Shown: one piece after another, positions 60,036 through 64,000 of the stretch
Layout of the letters: every line of letters starts with the position of its first letter
Position numbering within the stretch: the stretch's first letter is position 1
NCBI GenBank assembly: GCA_041662125.1
Contig: JBAZTA010000001.1
Span: 518,379-582,378 of the forward strand
Reading direction: 5' to 3'
Length of the DNA: 64,000 bases
From: Candidatus Omnitrophota bacterium
Lineage (GTDB): Bacteria; Omnitrophota; Gorgyraeia; Gygaellales; Profunditerraquicolaceae
Program-made: the position numbers and the translations under genes
Notes under the pieces: model-generated
Told to the model about the DNA's origin: nothing
Databases searched by the model: none
What the model saw: the letters and a program-made list of their open reading frames with translations, nothing else

Positions 60036-63000
60036 TCATCCCTCAAAAAAACATGCTTTACAGGTAACATTCAAGTGCCGGCAGCCGCGGCAAAACTTTC
60101 TGCCGGGAACATTCTTACCTCTTTTTTGACAAGTGATCTTTAAACAATAGTCGCAATCACGCGGCACATAATAAGTATACCAAGACTCGCCGAAATCCAA
60201 CAAACATTTCGGTATAGGCTTATAGACTAAAAACACACCATGCCGGCGCCGCAAAGACAAATAGCGCCTTATTTGTTTAAGCGCGGCAAGGTCAATATCC
60301 TCTTGCCTTATCTTAAAGTCAATCACTTCAAAACCACATGTTTCTTTTTTCCGGGCCTTGATCGCATGCATATCCGCGCTTATATCTTTAAAACTGACCG
60401 GCCTGACATACGGCGCTAACGCCGATTTAAATTCTTTCAGCAAAAACTTAGATTTCGACTCAAAAAAAGAACTGGTATAGTTATACGTAAAAACCTTTTC
60501 AAGAAAATCAGTAGTCAACTCGGGGCTTGCGCACGGCCATACAGAAGGATGAAGTTCGCTCAAACTACGAGAGGAAAACTCAGACTCATATTTCCTAAAT
60601 ACCCCGGTATTCGGAATAGGAGTAAAGGCATTAAACTTAACCGCTACCGCGCATTTCCATAACTCGATAATGGTATTAATTATTTCCTGCCGGCTCTGAT
60701 CCGGCAAGCCGATAAGCACAAATGCCGAAAGCTGATTGTCGCGCAAATACATGCGCGGCCTCCTTTTTTCAGCTTTACGCAGAGACATCCCCCGCAGCGC
60801 AGGATTATACCAGCCAACACTCTTTAAATTTGAAACCGCCGTATAGAACCCCGTATTCCCTCGGGGCCGCAGGTATACTTTCGGGAACGAACGGGCAGAA
60901 ACCTCAAAAGCAAGACAAACTTGTTTTACATGCGCACGCAACAACTTCCTTGCCACACCTTTAGAAATAAAATCTGGCTGTAGCCCCTCAGGAAATTCAA
61001 TTTCCATTTTGAACTTGAGATCAATAAGCCTTTGCAGAAAATCATCAAAATAGGTATTCTTGGCCCCGAAAACATTGGATTCCCAGAAAGTAAATGTGCG
61101 GACACCGTACTTCTCATACTTCTGCCTGATCTCATCCATAACAAGGTCAAGAGAACGAAAATATGTTTTCTTGCCTTCAATAAAGGGAACCGCGCAGTAG
61201 GTGCATGAATTAACACAGCCGCGGCTGAATTTGATCACTGCCATTTTCTTAGAAAAATTGGCAAGCAAATTAAAACTAGCCTGATAGTTATCAGCGTGAT
61301 AAAAGACACCCACAAACACTTCAACCCCCAATTTCCTGACAAGAGGAGCGCATAAAGACGCTAAAATCCCTCCCACGCAGATAACCGCTCCGGGAAACTT
61401 TTTCTGAGCTGCCGTAACAATCTGGCGAACAAAATCATATTCATAAGTGAATTGCGAAGTAATAAAGATCTCATCAGGCTCACCTGCCGCTTCAAGACGT
61501 TTTAAGAATTCTACCAAAGGGGTACCCCGGCGATACAATTTCTTTTTTCTCTTCTCTTGCGCAAAATTACCGCATTGCACCGATTTAAAAAAGTAGGATT
61601 CCTTTAAAGTATCCTCCCAACAGTCTGCCAAACAATCAATAAGGCTAATCCGATGCCCGCGATCTTTTAGAAAAGCCCCGATTTTAAGTAAACCAGCGGG
61701 TTCTTCAGAATAGAGATCAGCCATCCCTTCCCCTTGCATTGTAGGAGGCCTGATTAAAAGATATTTCTTGTTTTTGGAAGATACGATCCTTTTCGTGATT
61801 TCGTAATTATCCCGCTTCTCATTGAATTTATCCGCATAGGCAATGCTTAAGCTGATAAATTCATCATAAAGCATTCCGCCTTCAGAAGAATACGGCAAGG
61901 AAAACGACCGGGTATCATACGCGTTTGTCTCCGGCTGCCTCAGCCTGAAGCCTTTTTGATGAGAATAAATAGAGGTATTCCTGCCAAAAGCGAAATACTG
62001 AGGAATAATACCGGATATTTTCTCCCTCCGGAACAATACATATTCCCATGTCTCAATATATTCCCTTTTTTCCTGGAATGGATAACTCATAATAAATAAA
62101 TCAATCTTCATGCCTGCCTCAAGGGCGGAATCAAGGAAACGGTCTAATGCAAGAAGGTCAATGCCTTTACGCAGCGTATTCAGGAATTCCTGGTTTGAAG
62201 TTTCAAGACCAACAGCCATAAAAGTAGCGCCCGAGCGTTTCAACAATAAGAACTCCGCAGGTGTTATCGGGTAATCCGCGCGGATCAAACAATCCCACTG
62301 AACCTTGATTTTACGTTTTATGATCTGCTCAGCGACTTTCAATAAAAGCGGTACAGGCGTTGAGGAATCAGCAAACGTAAAGGCCTTCAGGGAATACCTT
62401 TTTTGCAGGCTTTCGATTTCATTGATAATCCTCTCAACACTCTTCTGACGCATGATCGTCTTATCATTGATATGGTGGCAAAACCTGCACTTATGCCAAT
62501 AGCAGCCTTTTGTGGTCGATACCGGTAACGCACGAGAAACATCGTGTTTGGAGATACAATGGTCAAAATCACCCAGCGGCAAATCATTGAGAGGAACTAT
62601 CTCTGCATCTCCGGTATCAATAAGTGATCGGCCTGAAAGGAAAACTAACCCCTTAATCGATCTTAATTCTTGAGGCGGCGCGCCTTTTTTTAACGCATTG
62701 ATCAAACTCAATAAAGGGACTTCTCCTTCCCCGTTTACGACGAAATCGACAAAATCAAAGATCTGCTTGAAATTTGACAGCTCAGCCCTCGAACAAATAC
62801 ACCATGCCCCGCCTATAACAATACGGGTTGCGGGAAAACGCTCCTTTATTTTTCTGGAAAAATACAGCGCGCTGCCTAACTGTAACGGCGTTAACACGGA
62901 AAATCCCACAACCGCTGCCTTTTGCGCCAAAGCAAAAACATGGTGTTGGAGAAAAAAATCAAACAAGGGGTCATCCTGCTTAAGAAGAACCGCCATTTTC

Positions 63001-63431
63001 CTTATATCGTATTCATTATTGGTAATACTGACTAATTCACCCAGCAGCCGCATGCTTTCTTCTTGGATAAAATTATAGGTATTAAGAAAACACCGTTTAA
63101 AATCAAGCTCAATAAAAGTTTCCTTATCGATAGAACGAAACAGTGGATGGCCGCCTCGGGAAGCAATACGGGAACTAACCCGGTCTGAAAAAAGCTTTTT
63201 GTAACGAGGGAGGAATTCATTCATAAAAACAATGTTGAGATCGAACGCTTCGGCTGCCACGCCATTCTTCTTCAGAAAACCGCTCAACTGCGGAAGGCCA
63301 AGTTCGGGAATAGTAAATTGAAATCCGGGAGGAGGAAACAACAAAAGACAATCAAGCGTATGCGCTACATCCATATTTTCCCCTTCATTATTCCTACTTT
63401 TCCCTACCTGCATAAATACACAAACGGGCAA
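60036..63431 (-). CDS. Tandem B12-binding radical SAM didomain protein (1131 aa) with a Cys-rich C-terminal tail
   Basis: Two B12-binding-like modules, each followed by a radical SAM core: CYWHKCRFC (Cx4Cx2C spacing) and CVNSCTYC. The C-terminus carries CDYC...C..RG....C.GC....C.AC. Confidence 0.8.
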   Translation of the reverse strand: MPVCVFMQVGKSRNNEGENMDVAHTLDCLLLFPPPGFQFTIPELGLPQLSGFLKKNGVAAEAFDLNIVFMNEFLPRYKKLFSDRVSSRIASRGGHPLFRSIDKETFIELDFKRCFLNTYNFIQEESMRLLGELVSITNNEYDIRKMAVLLKQDDPLFDFFLQHHVFALAQKAAVVGFSVLTPLQLGSALYFSRKIKERFPATRIVIGGAWCICSRAELSNFKQIFDFVDFVVNGEGEVPLLSLINALKKGAPPQELRSIKGLVFLSGRSLIDTGDAEIVPLNDLPLGDFDHCISKHDVSRALPVSTTKGCYWHKCRFCHHINDKTIMRQKSVERIINEIESLQKRYSLKAFTFADSSTPVPLLLKVAEQIIKRKIKVQWDCLIRADYPITPAEFLLLKRSGATFMAVGLETSNQEFLNTLRKGIDLLALDRFLDSALEAGMKIDLFIMSYPFQEKREYIETWEYVLFRREKISGIIPQYFAFGRNTSIYSHQKGFRLRQPETNAYDTRSFSLPYSSEGGMLYDEFISLSIAYADKFNEKRDNYEITKRIVSSKNKKYLLIRPPTMQGEGMADLYSEEPAGLLKIGAFLKDRGHRISLIDCLADCWEDTLKESYFFKSVQCGNFAQEKRKKKLYRRGTPLVEFLKRLEAAGEPDEIFITSQFTYEYDFVRQIVTAAQKKFPGAVICVGGILASLCAPLVRKLGVEVFVGVFYHADNYQASFNLLANFSKKMAVIKFSRGCVNSCTYCAVPFIEGKKTYFRSLDLVMDEIRQKYEKYGVRTFTFWESNVFGAKNTYFDDFLQRLIDLKFKMEIEFPEGLQPDFISKGVARKLLRAHVKQVCLAFEVSARSFPKVYLRPRGNTGFYTAVSNLKSVGWYNPALRGMSLRKAEKRRPRMYLRDNQLSAFVLIGLPDQSRQEIINTIIELWKCAVAVKFNAFTPIPNTGVFRKYESEFSSRSLSELHPSVWPCASPELTTDFLEKVFTYNYTSSFFESKSKFLLKEFKSALAPYVRPVSFKDISADMHAIKARKKETCGFEVIDFKIRQEDIDLAALKQIRRYLSLRRRHGVFLVYKPIPKCLLDFGESWYTYYVPRDCDYCLKITCQKRGKNVPGRKFCRGCRHLNVTCKACFFEG

Positions 63432-64000
63432 TATTCACAGTAACGGCTGTCTTCTTCATCCGCCTTAAAGGCGACTTCGGGGTCAAAGATTTCCTGGATA
63501 ATAAAATCCAGCGCCGAAATATAAGCCCCCATTATTTTATTTTTAGACAAAAGCTGTTCTTCATTCTTAAAAAGCATACGCAAACCATGATCTTTTCCCA
63601 GTTCCTTGATCAGATAAAGGCAGGCATTGGTCGTCTTCCTTTTATATTCCTTATTTTCTTCAACCAGAAAAAGATATAACGGCAGCTGTATTGATTTCAG
63701 GATATGCTTAACCGTAAGCCTGCTCCAAAGCACCTGCTGCGCCACATGCTCATCCAAAGAAGGCAGAATATCAGCACTACCGGTCTTATAATCAAGCACA
63801 AGTATAGTACCATCTGCGGTAACATCAATCCGGTCAATAACCGCTTGAAATTTAACCAGCCCCGAAGAGAGTCGAATTGCCGTCTTAAAGGATTCTTCCA
63901 ACCCGATAATTCGCTGGATGTCTCTTTTTCTTTCATTCTCCAGGAAGCGTTCCAAGCGAAAAATAAGGATCTCTTTGATAAGGAAGGCGTCAGATTTCAT
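63404..64000 (-). CDS. PD-(D/E)XK nuclease, Cas4/RecB(AddB)-like with a C-terminal Fe-S Cys cluster. It is partial, with the N-terminus beyond the window end.
   Basis: IDRIDV...VLDYKTG (RecB-family motifs II/III) and a C-terminal CEYCPFVYLC, a CxxC-x5-C as in Cas4/AddB. The ORF runs off the 3' edge of the window. Confidence 0.7.
   Translation of the reverse strand: MKSDAFLIKEILIFRLERFLENERKRDIQRIIGLEESFKTAIRLSSGLVKFQAVIDRIDVTADGTILVLDYKTGSADILPSLDEHVAQQVLWSRLTVKHILKSIQLPLYLFLVEENKEYKRKTTNACLYLIKELGKDHGLRMLFKNEEQLLSKNKIMGAYISALDFIIQEIFDPEVAFKADEEDSRYCEYCPFVYLCR

Noticed and set aside
63404-64000. Cas4-like nuclease as evidence of a CRISPR-Cas locus
   Set aside because: No CRISPR repeats or other cas genes are visible within the window. 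Cas4/RecB nuclease domains also occur outside CRISPR systems, and the gene is truncated at the window edge.

Overview
This is a 64 kb bacterial chromosomal window, almost all of it coding, with nearly every gene on the minus strand. The gene content (pyruvate:ferredoxin oxidoreductase, ferredoxin, many radical SAM enzymes) suggests an anaerobe.

The region 178-8758 keeps a Firmicutes-type conserved gene order: ispE, spoVG, glmU, prs, rplY(ctc), pth, rpsF, ssb, rpsR, rplI, dnaB. It is interrupted between spoVG and glmU by a tRNA-Gln, four tandem ~57-bp repeats and a small GIY-YIG nuclease gene flanked by inverted copies of the same repeat.

The middle of the window holds housekeeping and metabolic genes: split transketolase, hisG, a porGDAB pyruvate:ferredoxin oxidoreductase operon with a ferredoxin, ccdA/tlpA/cutA, the ilvD-ilvB-ilvN-[HD-GYP]-ilvC-leuA branched-chain amino acid block, fba, pfkA, ahcY-metK, a PTS-Ntr-like ptsI-ptsH-yvcK-ptsN module, a tRNA-Gly/Leu/Lys cluster and frr-pyrH-tsf-rpsB.

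The most unusual content is a contiguous minus-strand operon at 51.9-63.4 kb of six radical SAM genes carrying about ten radical SAM domains. The architectures are exotic: a 1131-aa tandem B12-binding radical SAM didomain, a B12-radical SAM plus second radical SAM fusion, an internally duplicated SPASM/twitch-type enzyme, a radical SAM-metallophosphoesterase fusion and two radical SAM-SPASM proteins. A Cas4/RecB-like Fe-S nuclease truncated at the window end flanks it on one side and a triple-PAS sensor on the other. No precursor peptide or transporter lies inside the window, so the substrate (RiPP, lipid or phospho-metabolite) is unknown.

Other notable features are a dispersed family of GC-rich hairpins with a conserved 11-nt loop and covarying stems (six or more copies), a ~540-bp hairpin- and palindrome-dense leader upstream of the por operon, a SpoVG homolog carrying a zinc-ribbon insertion, and an unannotated 33-aa bS22-like basic micro-ORF with a perfect Shine-Dalgarno.
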